Shown here piece by piece: positions 26,544-38,059 of a stretch of 64,000 nt of DNA. The notes beneath the pieces are model-generated. The model was given only the letters and a program-made list of their open reading frames with translations, ran no database searches and had not been told where the DNA came from. Source of the DNA: Octopus bimaculoides (Eukaryota); the NCBI RefSeq assembly GCF_001194135.2, contig NC_068985.1:35983991-36047990 (forward strand). Direction: 5' to 3'. Position numbers and translations under genes: made by a program. The first letter of the stretch is position 1. Every line of letters begins with the position of its first letter.

Positions 26544-26610
26544 CATATGTATATGGAAGGATTCCAATCAGTAAAAGGCAACTAATTTTTGTGACTTGTA
26601 ATATAGACAT
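26544..26610 (-). CDS. MAM-mucin-TM protein, exon 1 (signal peptide MSILQVTKISCLLLIGILPYTY-G)
   Basis: ATG at 26610; basic residue then hydrophobic core; TAT G|gtaaga phase-1 donor joins exon 2 to give ...TYG-SWEC. Confidence 0.8.
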
Positions 26611-26618
26611 TCCGCTTG

Positions 26619-26650
26619 GAATTGAATCTCTCAGTTACAATTATTTTATA
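26619..26650 (-). promoter_or_regulatory. Candidate TATA box plus initiator for the MAM-mucin gene
   Basis: Minus-strand TATAAAA at 26650-26644; YYANWYY match TCAATTC with the A at 26623, 27 nt downstream; no good YAG acceptor before the ATG. Confidence 0.35.
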
Positions 26651-26789
26651 AAAACAAGCAAAACAATGTTCAAGTTATTTCAAAGCTTCCTTCTTGAAAA
26701 GTTTTGATTAATAAGTTATCAAGTAAAATTTTGTGTTATCATTATGATCATATCCCCAAGAGTCACTCTTGCTATGACAAATTAATCCT

Positions 26790-26914
26790 CCACCACCGCT
26801 GCTGCCGCCGCCACCACCACCACCACAACCAGCAGCAGCAGCACCACCACCACCACAACCAGCACCAGCACCACCACCACCACCACAACCAGCAGCAGCA
26901 GCACCACCACCACC
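26790..26914. repeat. Compound (CAC)n/(CAG)n trinucleotide repeat running into an N gap
   Basis: caccaccac...cagcagcag units seen directly; the poly-His and poly-Gly ORFs in the track come from it. Confidence 0.9.
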
Positions 26915-27212
26915 NNNNNNNNNNNNNNNNNNNNNNNNNNNNNNNNNNNNNNNNNNNNNNNNNNNNNNNNNNNNNNNNNNNNNNNNNNNNNNNNNNNNNN
27001 NNNNNNNNNNNNNNNNNNNNNNNNNNNNNNNNNNNNNNNAAAATAAAGTACTAGTCAAGTACTGAGGTTAATGTAATTGACTAATCCCCTCCTCCTAAAA
27101 TTACTGACCTTTGCCAAAAATCACAACCATGTTTATTATTATTATCATCATTATCATCGAAGATAGTTATATAACAAAGATAGTTGAGTGTGAGACTAAA
27201 TTTCTTACATAA

Positions 27213-27547
27213 ATTAGTTTCATCCCCCTTGATTTCAAATTCAATCTCATCATTGAGAAGACCATTGAAATAAAAATTAACAGTGGAAATCTTCATATCA
27301 AGGAAGCTATATTGATTCACCACCTGAACCTGAAAAGCAACAGTCAATTGGAGATGGACTGGTAGATCCAATAAAAACATTAGTTTCATCCCCCTTGATT
27401 TCAAATTCAATCTCATCATTGAGAAGACCATTGAAATAAAAATTAACAGTGGAAATCTTCATATCAAGGAAGCTATATTGATTCACCACCTGAACCTGAA
27501 AAGCAACAGTCAATTGGAGATGGACTGGTAGATCCAATGAAAACATT
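27213..27547. repeat. Near-perfect 166-bp tandem duplication
   Basis: attagtttcatccccc... starts at 27213 and again at 27379; the copies differ by about one base. Confidence 0.95.
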
Positions 27548-27859
27548 ACAGTGACTATGACCAACCTCATAACATACATTACCAATGCCATCTTCCTCCA
27601 TTGCCATGTGAAAATACATCACAACAACCAGCAGTTGGGGAGTTACTGCTACAGCTGCTAACCCAAAGACTGAGAAGTTCAAATATAATAACGAAATCAG
27701 TGTAACTAGACATTTCTTCTGAGGATGGGCCTTTGTGTATGCAATATAAAGGCTTATGTAAAACTTTCTGCATTGTTAGAAGCTTCCTTCTTTTCTTTTC
27801 TTTTTCTAAAAATTAAGCCTTTTCTGTAATCAATTCATTCAACTATACCAATCAATGTA

Positions 27860-28620
27860 GGATGATATGCAGTGTCTAGGTTGCATGTAGATGATGTACA
27901 CTTGAGGAAAGTTAGGGAGGAATGAAAGGTTATATCATATGCATAAGAGTGAATGTCTTCAGATGTGATGGCAGAAAAAGTTATTGATATATAGAAGGAA
28001 GAGAGTGGGAACAAAATCAAATCTTGGAACAAAAAGAGGTCCATCAACACATGCCATGATCATGTGATCTGATAGGAATGTATTGATCCAAAAGATAAGA
28101 GAGTTATAAAACTTGAAGGCAAGTTGTTTAGATAAGTGATCTGCATACCAGACATGGTCAAAATATTTACTGATGTCTGGGGTAACAACATTGCTTTCAC
28201 AAACGTTTTTAAATAAACAGCCCACTGGTGAATGACATAAAAGAGCAGCTCTGATCATCAATGAGGAACTTAGAGATGAGTGCAGCTGAAAGACAGTTGG
28301 CTGGGTCAGAAGCATTGCCTTTCTTTGGAATAGAACATACTGAAATATGCTTCCAAATTTCTGGGTATCTCTTTATGATAAATGAGAGAGTAAAAAGCTT
28401 GGTGATTATGAGGGCATGTTCTGGGGCACAATGTTTGAATGTAATGGAAGGAGCATTGTCAGTGACTTTGTCGGATTGAAGCAATTGGAGGTATTTCCAC
28501 ACTTGAAACATATGTAAGCATGGTGGAGGAAAAAGTGGGATGGAAAAGAGATTTGGAAGAGATTGATGAGTTGGATGTGAAGTGAGTAGCAAAGGTGAAG
28601 GCTTTGTCTATTTGAGTTCT
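27860..28620 (-). mobile_element. Decayed non-LTR RT fragment (CR1/Jockey-like)
   Basis: WKHISVCSIPKKGNASDPANC...ALISK and DISKYFDHVW (from DISKAFDRVW). Confidence 0.7.
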
Positions 28621-29229
28621 TTTTATTTAAGCATTATTGTTGAGAAATAGAGGAAAAGTTTTAGTAGAATTTTTGCATAAGTCATAGAGCTTAAAATGTA
28701 TACTTGAACTAAGGACTCTGAGTGGCTCAGTTAAAATTATTAACAAGTATACTTCTGACTGTATTTACCCTTGACATTGAGTGGATTTTTCAGTAAATGT
28801 AGGCTTTCTCCACATGTTGCAGTGAGGATGTTACAATTTGATATTTTCTATATGACTTTAAAATCTAAGTTAAAGTAAATTCTTTCACAAGATATAAAGT
28901 TATAAATGTAGTGATTAACTGCTGTCTCTGTCAGTGATAGGAATCTTCATCTCCAGTTATTTCATTTGACATCATACATATGTATGTCTTTTCTTCTTTT
29001 TAATTTAGAATAGATTTTGATTGACCACCAACTTGTTAGTAAAATTGTGCAGGAAAATATCATGATTTAACTGTCACCTTTTAAATCTTAAGGTTTTGTA
29101 AATTTTTATAGTACTAGATATCATGACCATTTGCAGTTTATGAATTAAGGGTTTGCATTCTCTCCCCAAGATTCTAAGCTCAGCCATACTTTGCTCCATA
29201 TGTCGGTAGATATCCAGTTGCTCCAGTAA

Positions 29230-29750
29230 TAATGGATATGAAGCTGAAAGTGTATCTTGGGTACTTTGTTTGTAAACTCCTTATCAATGGTCTGTAGATG
29301 TCCTTTTCCTCTTGTATTTTTCTCACCACATTTGTGTGTCCAAGGGCAGCTTATTTCTACAACTGAAGATACTTTTTCTTTGCAGTCCTACACAAGAACA
29401 TCTGGCTGGTTGTGTTTTAATTTGGTGGTTCTATTAATTTTCAAGTTCCACCAGTACTCTTTTGATCCATTGGTCTCAATAAGGTTAACTTTATTTGTAG
29501 GTATTCTCTTTTGTGTGATCCTGTTCCAAACCATTCTAATCACTATACCATGCCTCATGGGAAAATAATATCTCACAGTTGGCAATAATGTGGTTGATGT
29601 CTTCAGTCTTGGTCTTGCGCAGCTAACATTTGTTGCCTGTCAACGTTTCTACTTTTTATGTTGTAGGTATTTGGTGGGGATCTCTTGTTCTTGGATTGCA
29701 TAGATGTAGCCTTCAAAGTAGGATGTCATAAACTTGTCAGTACTCCATGC
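29230..29750 (-). mobile_element. R4/Dong-like non-LTR fragment (restriction-like endonuclease region)
   Basis: EYWWNLKINRTTKLKHNQPDVLV*DCKEKVSSVVEISCP (PD...E RLE motif). Confidence 0.7.
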
Positions 29751-30989
29751 CATATGTATGTATGTATGTGTGCAGATTAGTATGTTTTGCTTTATGTATG
29801 TATTCTCATGCATATAGTTGCATATCTAGACATGCTCATATATATTTAAAGGATAAAATTCTGGAAAGTTTTACAGATTTTTACAGATCCAGTGATGGAT
29901 TGGATCTGTAGTCTTCATGAATGTATATGTGTTTATGTGTGTAAGTATGCATGCATTCATGTATGCCTGTACATACATGGACAGACTCAATACATTTTCC
30001 CATGGAGTACCATTATCAAATTTGAAAGAGTTCTTATCTTTTAATTACTATTCCAGTAGAAAGCTAACTGCATAACAGGTGTATTATTCCCATGAATTCC
30101 TAGACTAACTACTTTCAACAGTTGGTTTTAAAGACAAGATCTACTACCATCTTCATTACTTTTATTTTTCAAAAATTTCTGTGAGCTTATTCTATTGGAA
30201 TCTGTAATCTTACTTCTTGTTTTTAGATTTTAAACATCTTTAGGGTGAGTATTTATCTACTAATTACGTGAGTAATTTCAATAAAAAAAATCTTTAACTT
30301 TATAATAGGAGTAGCTGTGTGGTAAGTAGCTTGCTTACCAACCACATGGTCATGGGTTCAGTCCCACTGCATCTGCATGGCACCTTGGGCGAGTGTCTTC
30401 TGCTATAGCCTCAAGCCGACCAAAGCCTTGTGAGTGGATTTGGTAGACGGAAACTGGAAGAAGCCCGTCGTATGTATATATGTGTGTGTGTGTGTGTATA
30501 TATGTTTGTGTGTCTGTGTTTGTCCCGCCAACATCGCTTTACAACCGATGCTGGTGTGTTTATGTCCCCATAATCTAGCGGTTCGGCAAAAGAGACCGAT
30601 AGAATAAGTACTAGGCTTACAAAGAATAAGCTCTGGGGTCGATTTGCTTGACTAAAGGCAGTACTCCAGCATGGCCACAGTCAAATGACTGAAACAAGTA
30701 AAAAAAAAAATACATACATACATACACATATACATACATACACACATTCATACATAAGAGGAACAATGAGTTTACACTTCACCAGTCACATCTTATAAAC
30801 AAATTAACAAAACTGTATGGTAACTCTTCACAACAGGCTATTAAGAGACTCACAAAGACCAAGGCCACAATTCTTACACGTAGAACAGAGAGTGGAACAA
30901 TTGTCCCTAATACCATAAATATTTCAATTGCAATATTCCAGGAAGATAGTCCTTCTATACTTCTGTTCATTTTGGTGCTAAACCCATTA

Positions 30990-32540
30990 TCATTCCTGCA
31001 ACAGAAAACAAATGGCTATATACTAGGGTCTGCAACTGCAAGAGATATTAATGTAACCCATGATTTCTCTGTGGATGGCCTCAAGATTTATGCTAAAAAT
31101 GTTAACAATGTCTAAAAACAACAGGAATTGTTAACGACATTTTCAGCTGACATTGGAATGGAATCTGGCCAGATGAAATGTTCTTACATAATTGTTAAAT
31201 CAGTTCCCCAGACACCCACACCAAAGAATGCTACTAGTACCTAGATATTGATGAAAACATATCATACCAAGGTACTGTGAATAAAGATAATGATCAGACT
31301 AAAAAAATATGGCAGTTTGAACTCTCCTTTTACCAAAAGACAATATCCCAAAATGCTTTTGCAGTACCAGTACTGATTCCAAAATTTGGGATATTTGACT
31401 GGCCTGTAGAAGAAATCCACTCCATAGACATTAAAACATGCAAAATTCTAACATCAACTGGAAATTTCCACAAAATTAGGGATATCAACAGGCTCTACCT
31501 AAGAAGAGATAAAGGAGGTAGGGGCTTGAGATCAGTACAGATAACCTTTGAATGTTGCATAGTTTCTCTCAGACAGCACTTGCTAAACAACAGCAGCAAA
31601 AATAAATACATTAACTTAGTGCTGAAAAATGAAGAAAACATTATCCTACATGTTGGAAGCAAGCTCCTCCCATATAATCCCTATAAGCTGGACAAGCATA
31701 CCTCAAAGAAGACCTGAAAGTGAAATGCTCAGCATACCAAAACAAAGACCATACATGAATATATTTCTCATACACTTGAAGAAGATATTTACATTGACAT
31801 GAAGTGAAGCCTTTCTTGGGCTTGTGACCACTACATCACATCATACTTTGAAGACTATGCATTTGCAATCCCAAAACAGGAGATTGATACGAAATACTTA
31901 ATCAGCAAAAGAGACAGTGAAGCCCTTGGAGTTCCAAGATGTGACTGAAAATGTAGATTATGTGATAGCAGCTACCCAAAAATGTGATTAGTAGCTACCC
32001 AAAAATGTGATTAGTAGCTACCCAAAAATGTGATTAGTAGCTACCTAAAAATGTCCTAAAGGTACTACCTCCTTATGTGAAATGACACTGTTGCAAAAAC
32101 AATATATTTGGAAAAATGATTGTCCTGGAATAAATATAGAGAATACCCCAGTTATTGAATACAGACATGAATACTCGCACAAGGAATATTGGTGGAAAAT
32201 TCCCATCAAAACATCTAACAAGTGTAATCATAACAGGCCAGATATTGTTGTTTCCACTTTCTGGAGGAAAATCTGGAGTGAAGAGAAGGAGTTTAACCAA
32301 GATGCTCTGTGGCTGGAAGAAATCTGAAGAAGTTATTGTCCCTGCGTTACACCCAAGACATACAGCATTAATGGTGATACTCCTGTAACTGTGATCCAGA
32401 AACTTCAGGATAGAAAAGGGCCTGGAAATTTTGACAATCAATGTCTTTTGTATACAGCAATTGTAGTGAATTAATTGGGATGCTTGTGAAATCCTCTTGA
32501 TACAGCAAAAAATTGTTATGACTGAGGGATCCCTAATTCT
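30990..32540 (+). mobile_element. R4/Dong-like non-LTR retrotransposon 3' half (decayed)
   Basis: FAVPVLIPKFGIFDWP...RLYLRRDKGGRGLRSV and EYWWKIPIKT...HNRPDIVV. Confidence 0.8.
31970..32054. repeat. 23-bp tandem repeat, ~3.7 copies
   Basis: agctacccaaaaatgtgattagt starts at 31970, 31993 and 32016, with a partial copy at 32039. Confidence 0.9.
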
Positions 32541-32743
32541 TCTGAGAGCAACATACAAATTAGCATTTGTGAATAGGTTGAAGTATTGTAAAGAAAGTAA
32601 CTTATTAAAATGAAGCAGAGGAAAACAATTATTTATTTGTAAGTTTTCTTAACAGAGATTTAAACAGTTCTATATTTGAAAGATGCGGAATTATGTACAT
32701 TATTTACATTTGATGGATATTTGTCCTCATCTTGTTTGTTGTT

Positions 32744-32786
32744 AACACGTTTCGGCTGATGTACTCTCCAGCCTTCATCAGGTGTC
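32744..32786 (-). ncRNA. Family-A hammerhead motif, probably inactive (3-nt deletion at the cleavage site)
   Basis: GACAC-CUGAUGA-A-GGCUG..CAGCC-GAAAC-GUGUU; lacks the GUU cleavage triplet of the intact copies. Confidence 0.5.
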
Positions 32787-33359
32787 CTGCGGGGATTTTT
32801 CAAACCTGGGTTCTCATTCTTAAGTATTTTTCCGATGTTGTTATTATTATTATTATTCAGGTCACTGCTTGGAATCAAACTCGGAATCTTGGGGTTAGTA
32901 GCCCATGCTCTTAAACACTACACCATATGCTCATGGGCAATTATGAAGTGAATTTTAGGGCTTATAAATCTAATCTTTTCCTATCCTTCCTTAATACCGG
33001 TTCCCATATGCTACTCATATCTGCACTAAGTCTGCTTAGGAGGTTGTTGTGTCCTAGTATATGTGCTGCCTCTTTTAGTTTTTGTATTTTTCAGTGGTGT
33101 TCTCTGTCTATTATTTTAACTTCATCCCACAAGGGGAAGTGGTTTCCATTTTTCCATACATGATCAGCTATACCCAATTTATCAATATCTCCTCATGTCA
33201 CAGCTTTGCAATGTTCCTCTACCCTTATTTTGAGGGTGCAACATGTTTTGCCTTTGTATAACCTACCACAACTGCATTGGGATAGAGTATATGCAGTCTT
33301 TGGTCATATTCTCTTCTATTGGGGATTCTATTGGTTTCAATTCCAGGCAGTGACCTGAA

Positions 33360-33363
33360 TAAT

Positions 33364-33403
<40 letters not shown>

Positions 33404-33406
33404 GCT

Positions 33407-33502
<96 letters not shown>

Positions 33503-33510
33503 GCAGCAGC

Positions 33511-33590
<80 letters not shown>
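33360..33590. repeat. (AAC)n/(AGC)n microsatellite inside the Penelope pseudo-LTR
   Basis: Seen directly; source of the poly-N/L/V/C ORFs in the track. Confidence 0.95.
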
Positions 33591-33631
33591 AATATCTTAG
33601 GAATGAGAACCCAGGTTCGACATTCCCCCAG

Positions 33632-33677
33632 AACACCTGATGAAGGCTGGAGAGTACATCTGCCGAAATGTTGTGTT
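33632..33677 (+). ncRNA. Family-A hammerhead motif (decayed)
   Basis: AACAC-CUGAUGA-A-GGCUG..CUGCC-GAAA-U-GUU-GUGUU; C15.2->U and one stem II mismatch. Confidence 0.55.
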
Positions 33678-33738
33678 AATAACAAACAAGATGAGGACAA
33701 ATATCCATCAAATGTAAATAATGTAAATAGAGATTTAA

Positions 33739-33900
33739 ACCTTTAGCATTTATCCATATCCAACCAAAATATTCTACTTGTTTTATGACCAAACTGGTAC
33801 ATCATTGAAATCTTGAAGCTACAAGATAAAGCATGATTAATTTAAAAGAATGTGGATAAAAAAGTGTTACATTCGACAGAGTAATCTGAAGCTAAAGGGT
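33739..33900. mobile_element. Short MITE with piggyBac-like ends
   Basis: ttaa-acctttagcatt ... gaagctaaagggtt; termini resemble TTAA/CCC piggyBac ends; right-hand TTAA not preserved. Confidence 0.5.
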
Positions 33901-34289
33901 TTGTTATTTTCTTTCCATATATGCATACATAAGAAAAGAGGGGGGAGGTGGAGGGAGAGAGGAGGTGGAGGGAGAGAGGGGAAGGAGGGAGAGAGGGGAG
34001 GAGGCAGGGAGAGAGAGAAGTGGGGAATGTATTTGATGCTAAACTGTCGTAAAAACACTGATAGAATACTGTTGCTGTGTTGTTTGCTTGACTTTGTGAA
34101 ATTACATGTTCTTCATTCATGACAAGCTATTCAATATTATAATGAATTTTAAAATGACTATCAGAAAAATAATCATTCAACTACTTTCTGAAATGACTGA
34201 ATGGAAGAAACCGAAATAGACAATGCCTTTGAGTCATCAAGGTTTCTTATGCATTGGATGAGAAATTGAGGTAAAAACGGATGGACAGA

Positions 34290-34415
34290 CAGACAGACTG
34301 ACTGACGGACGGACGGACGGACGGACGGACGGACGGACGGACGGACGGACGGACGGACGGACGGACGGACGGACGGACGGACAGATGGATGGATGGATGG
34401 ATGGATGGATGGATT
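34290..34415. repeat. Compound (GACA)/(GACG)/(GATG) tetranucleotide microsatellite
   Basis: Seen directly. Confidence 0.95.
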
Positions 34416-34882
34416 TTCAGCACTTTCCTGTAGGTTTTCAATGTGTCTCAATTCCAATATCCTTCAGCTTCTAGGTAGAAATTAAAGTGTTGTGCAAAAT
34501 GCACCATTTACCACAGGAACAATTTTCACTCTGCTATTCCACAATTTCTTCATCTCTCTGATTAGGTTCCAAATTTTTTTCAGTTTTCTTGATATCTACT
34601 CTACTATTATATCTGAGTGCAAAGTCAATGATTTAAAACTGTTTGTTCTTTCTATCATCCTCTATTAACTGGGTCCTTTGCTTCAATGGTATGATAAATT
34701 TCTATGAAGAAGTCCCATACAATTCTGTAATTATTATTTACCATCACAGTTCATACTACTTCTTCATCACTTCAGATCCACATGCTAAAATAGTGGGAGA
34801 CTTAGTTAGAAACTTAGATGAGCTGTACATTATTTATATTATTTACATTTGATGGATATTTGTTCTCATCTTATTTGTTGTT

Positions 34883-34928
34883 AACACAACGTTTCGGCTC
34901 ATATACCCTTCAGCCTTCATCAGGTGTC
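34883..34928 (-). ncRNA. Family-A minimal type-I hammerhead ribozyme, core intact
   Basis: GACAC-CUGAUGA-A-GGCU[12 nt]AGCC-GAAA-C-GUU^GUGUU; stem I GACAC/GUGUU; stem III is the palindrome ACGU with no loop. Confidence 0.7.
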
Positions 34929-35017
34929 TTGGGGAAATTTTGAACCTGGGTTCTCATTCTTAAAGTAACATCAAAAAATACCTTAGGAATGAGAACCTAG
35001 GTTTGACATTCCCCCAG

Positions 35018-35063
35018 GACACCTGATGAAGGCTGGAGTGTATATTAGCTGAAACGTTGTGTT
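35018..35063 (+). ncRNA. Family-A minimal type-I hammerhead ribozyme, core intact (G.U at 10.1-11.1)
   Basis: GACAC-CUGAUGA-A-GGCUG[10 nt]UAGCU-GAAA-C-GUU^GUGUU. Confidence 0.65.
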
Positions 35064-35084
35064 AACAACAAACAAGATATGAAC

Positions 35085-35600
35085 AAGAGGGGGCTGAGGA
35101 TCAACTCTTGGTGAACCCCTACTTGTACCCTGAATTCTTCACTGTGCTTGTTGCCAACCTTCACCTTACTGGTAGCATCCCTGTACAAGGCTTGTACAAA
35201 TCTCACCAACTACTTGTCTATCCCTAATTTCTGCATTGACCACCAGATAAGGGATAAGGAGATCCTATCAAAAGCTATCTCCAAATCAACAAAAGCCAAG
35301 TACAGAGGTTTATTTTTGGCTAGGTGCTTCTTCTGCAGCTGCCTTACCAGAAATTTACTTCAAAACACCTATGTCCCAGTGTAATGTCTTAACAACACAA
35401 TCATGCCTGCATTTATACTTCTTCTGTACCAAAAGACTATAGGAATTTATAATATGCATGACAGTCACTTCTTTCTTGTTACATATTCTGCACATTGCAT
35501 TTTCCACACTTCTGTCCATTCTTGCCTTAATGACATTTGTTCATAACGACTGGCTTTGATCAGTCATAATGAGTCATTATTATTGTTATAATTCAGACTA
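35085..35600 (-). mobile_element. RTE RT fragment
   Basis: Homologous to 1-330 (LYLAFVDLEIAFDRISLSLIWWSMQKL). Confidence 0.75.
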
Positions 35601-38059
35601 GCCTTGTACCCACATTTCAAATTATTATTATTATGATTAAGGCAGTCAGCTTTCAGAGTTATCAATATGCTGGACAAAATGTTTGGCAGCATTTTGTCCA
35701 TCTTTACACTCTGAGTTTAAATTCCACTGAAGACAACTTTGTCTTTCATCAGATAAGGGTTGATGAAATACGTACCAGTTAAGCACTGAGGTCAATGTAG
35801 TCAAGTAGCCTCCTCACTCATAATTTCAGGCATTGTGCCTATAGTAGAAAGGATTATTATTATTATTATTGAGTGAGAGAGCAGCGCTCACCATCAAAGT
35901 GATGCTGGGGTACAAATATATGAAGCCCAATATACCCATCGTGACTACTCGTTTGATAAAGGTACATCAGACACATGCATCACAGCCATACATGCATGAC
36001 ATGGTGACTTCATATCAAAATAAACAGCACATGACCTTGCAGTAAGAATTTTCTTCAGGTCGAGTAGTCCATCCCAAAATGTCTCTGAATAACATTTGTT
36101 TAAGGATGATGAATGACACACTTGTATTTCTAGGGGAGAATTATTCAAAACCCTCCAAAAATCCCTCTCAACACAAGACGATGATGCTCCCAACTACTTC
36201 TGTTCATGAACAGCAATGCACATATCACCAACCACTAAGGGACTGGTATCAGCAAGATGTCTCTTTGAGTCACTTGTAAGTTTTGTTTATGCTGACTGTG
36301 TTTCAAAATCTACGTTTAAAACATTTTGCATTTGTTTCTGGAGTCTTTTATTTCTTTTTTACTTACTTCAGTCATTTGACTGTGGCCATGCTGGGGCACT
36401 GCCTTGAGGGGTTTTAGTAGAACAAATTGACACTCAGAGGGTAGCGGCAAACAAAATACCACTAAGCTTTTCATCTGGTGTGCTGATGATTCTGCCAGCT
36501 TGCCACTTTAAGGTAAAGTAAAGAAAAGACCACTGAAGTTATCCAAGAGAAAGACAAAGGCCAATATAACTTGGTACCAGTAATGTCACAACTCATTTCA
36601 ACAATTGAGTGAACTGGAGCAACATGAAATAAAGTGTTTTGCTCAAGAACACATCATACGGCTCTGACTGGGAATTGAACTCACTACCTTATGAAAGTGA
36701 GCCTAATGCTCTACTCACTGAGCCTAATCTATGTATCTATCTTAAAGGTAACCAAATACTGATATTCGTTATGTTATAATATACCTTATCTTGTAAATAC
36801 TGAAACCACTTATTTTAAAAGTAGCCAAATATTGATTTTCTTTTATCTTAAAGTATCTGAATACTGCACTTTTTTATCTTAAAGGTTGACAAATACTGAT
36901 ATTTCTTTATCTTAAATGGTAATTAAACATATTGACAACATCTGTCATAAAAACAAGTAGTATTCTGTTTGTATTTATGTTCCTTAATAATATAAACCTA
37001 AATCTGTTTTCAAGTTCAGTCCCACCATGCACCAACACATTAGGAAAGTGTCTTCCACTATAGTCTTGACTCAATCAAGACCTTGTGAGAGGATCTAGTA
37101 GACAGAAAGTGAAAGAAACCAATTGCATGGATGTCTGTGTGTGTGTGTGCGTGTGTGTGTATTTGTGCGTGTATATGTGTGTGTGTGTATGTGTGTGTGT
37201 GCATGCTTGTATGTGTGTTGTGTGTGCAGGGGGGTGTCCCTTTGTCTTGACATAGCATGATATTTATACATATGTGACGTTGTCATATAACCAGTATCAT
37301 TCATTTCCTCTTCAATGCTAACACATTTGGAATGGGGAAATATGATTTACTTGGAAACAAGTAAAGGATGGTAACAGGAAAGACATCCTGCAGTAGAAAA
37401 ATCTGTCTCAATAAATTTCATCTGACCCATGCAAGTATGGAGAAGTGGACAGCAAAATGATGATGATGATTTTCTTATAATATCTCATCTACCCAGGACC
37501 TCATATTGAGTACATTAGTGCTTCCTATGTTAAAAATTTATGGAAATTAGTGCACATAAATATATAAATTAGAACAAAAAACTGCTTCACAAAACTTTAC
37601 AAAATACTTTTAGCTATATTATTGATGTTGTGAAGGTGGCAAGCTGTCAGAATTGTTAGCACAGCAGGCGAAATGCTTTGCAGCATTTCATCTGCTGCTC
37701 CCGTTCTGAGTTCAAATTCCGCTGAGGTCAACTTTGCCAGTTATGCACTGGGGTCGATATAATTGACTAGCCCCCTTCCCCCAAAATTTTCAAGGCCTTG
37801 TGCCTAGAGTAGAAATAATTATTGGTGTTGTGATTATCATGTTTAGTTACCATTTAAGATTTTAAAATATTAGGATTTGTCTACTTTTAAGATAAGAAAA
37901 AAAAAAAAAACAGTATTCGGCTACTTTTAAGATAAGTAGTTTCAGTACTTGTAAGTTAAGATATAAGATAACAAATATTAATATTTTGATTACCTTTAAG
38001 ATGAAAGAAACAAATGTAAAATAGTTCAAGATGTTCACAAGGGAATATTTAATAATTGA

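Larger units (their letters stand above)
32666..33728 (-). mobile_element. 5'-truncated Penelope-like element: GIY-YIG endonuclease, 3' pseudo-LTR and inverted 5' pseudo-LTR
   Basis: Minus 33310->32990 reads CIYSIP-CSCGRLYKGKT...HVWKNGNH...WDEVKIIDRE...LKEAAHI (one frameshift, stops); 12-bp TSD agagatttaaac at 32654-65 and 33729-40. Confidence 0.85.
34815..35085. mobile_element. Head-to-head pair of Penelope pseudo-LTR fragments
   Basis: 34870-34965 is approximately the reverse complement of 34982-35075; both are homologous to 32690-32830. Confidence 0.8.

Noticed and set aside
27200-27330. Minus-strand segment with acceptor- and donor-like ends encoding ...NDEIEFEIKGDETN, faintly like MAM exon 4
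   Set aside because: It lies upstream of the signal-peptide exon, is duplicated out of frame (166 bp), and the gene model is complete without it.
29875-29920. Perfect 10-bp hairpin flanked by AUGAAGA and AAAA on the minus strand (hammerhead-like)
   Set aside because: Two core positions differ (C3, G12) and there is no stem I or III; at most a dead remnant.
33225-33700. Poly-Leu, poly-Cys, poly-Val and poly-Asn ORFs, and similar (CA)n, (AG)n, (CAT)n and N-gap-spanning ORFs elsewhere
   Set aside because: Products of microsatellites or N runs; no splice or domain support.
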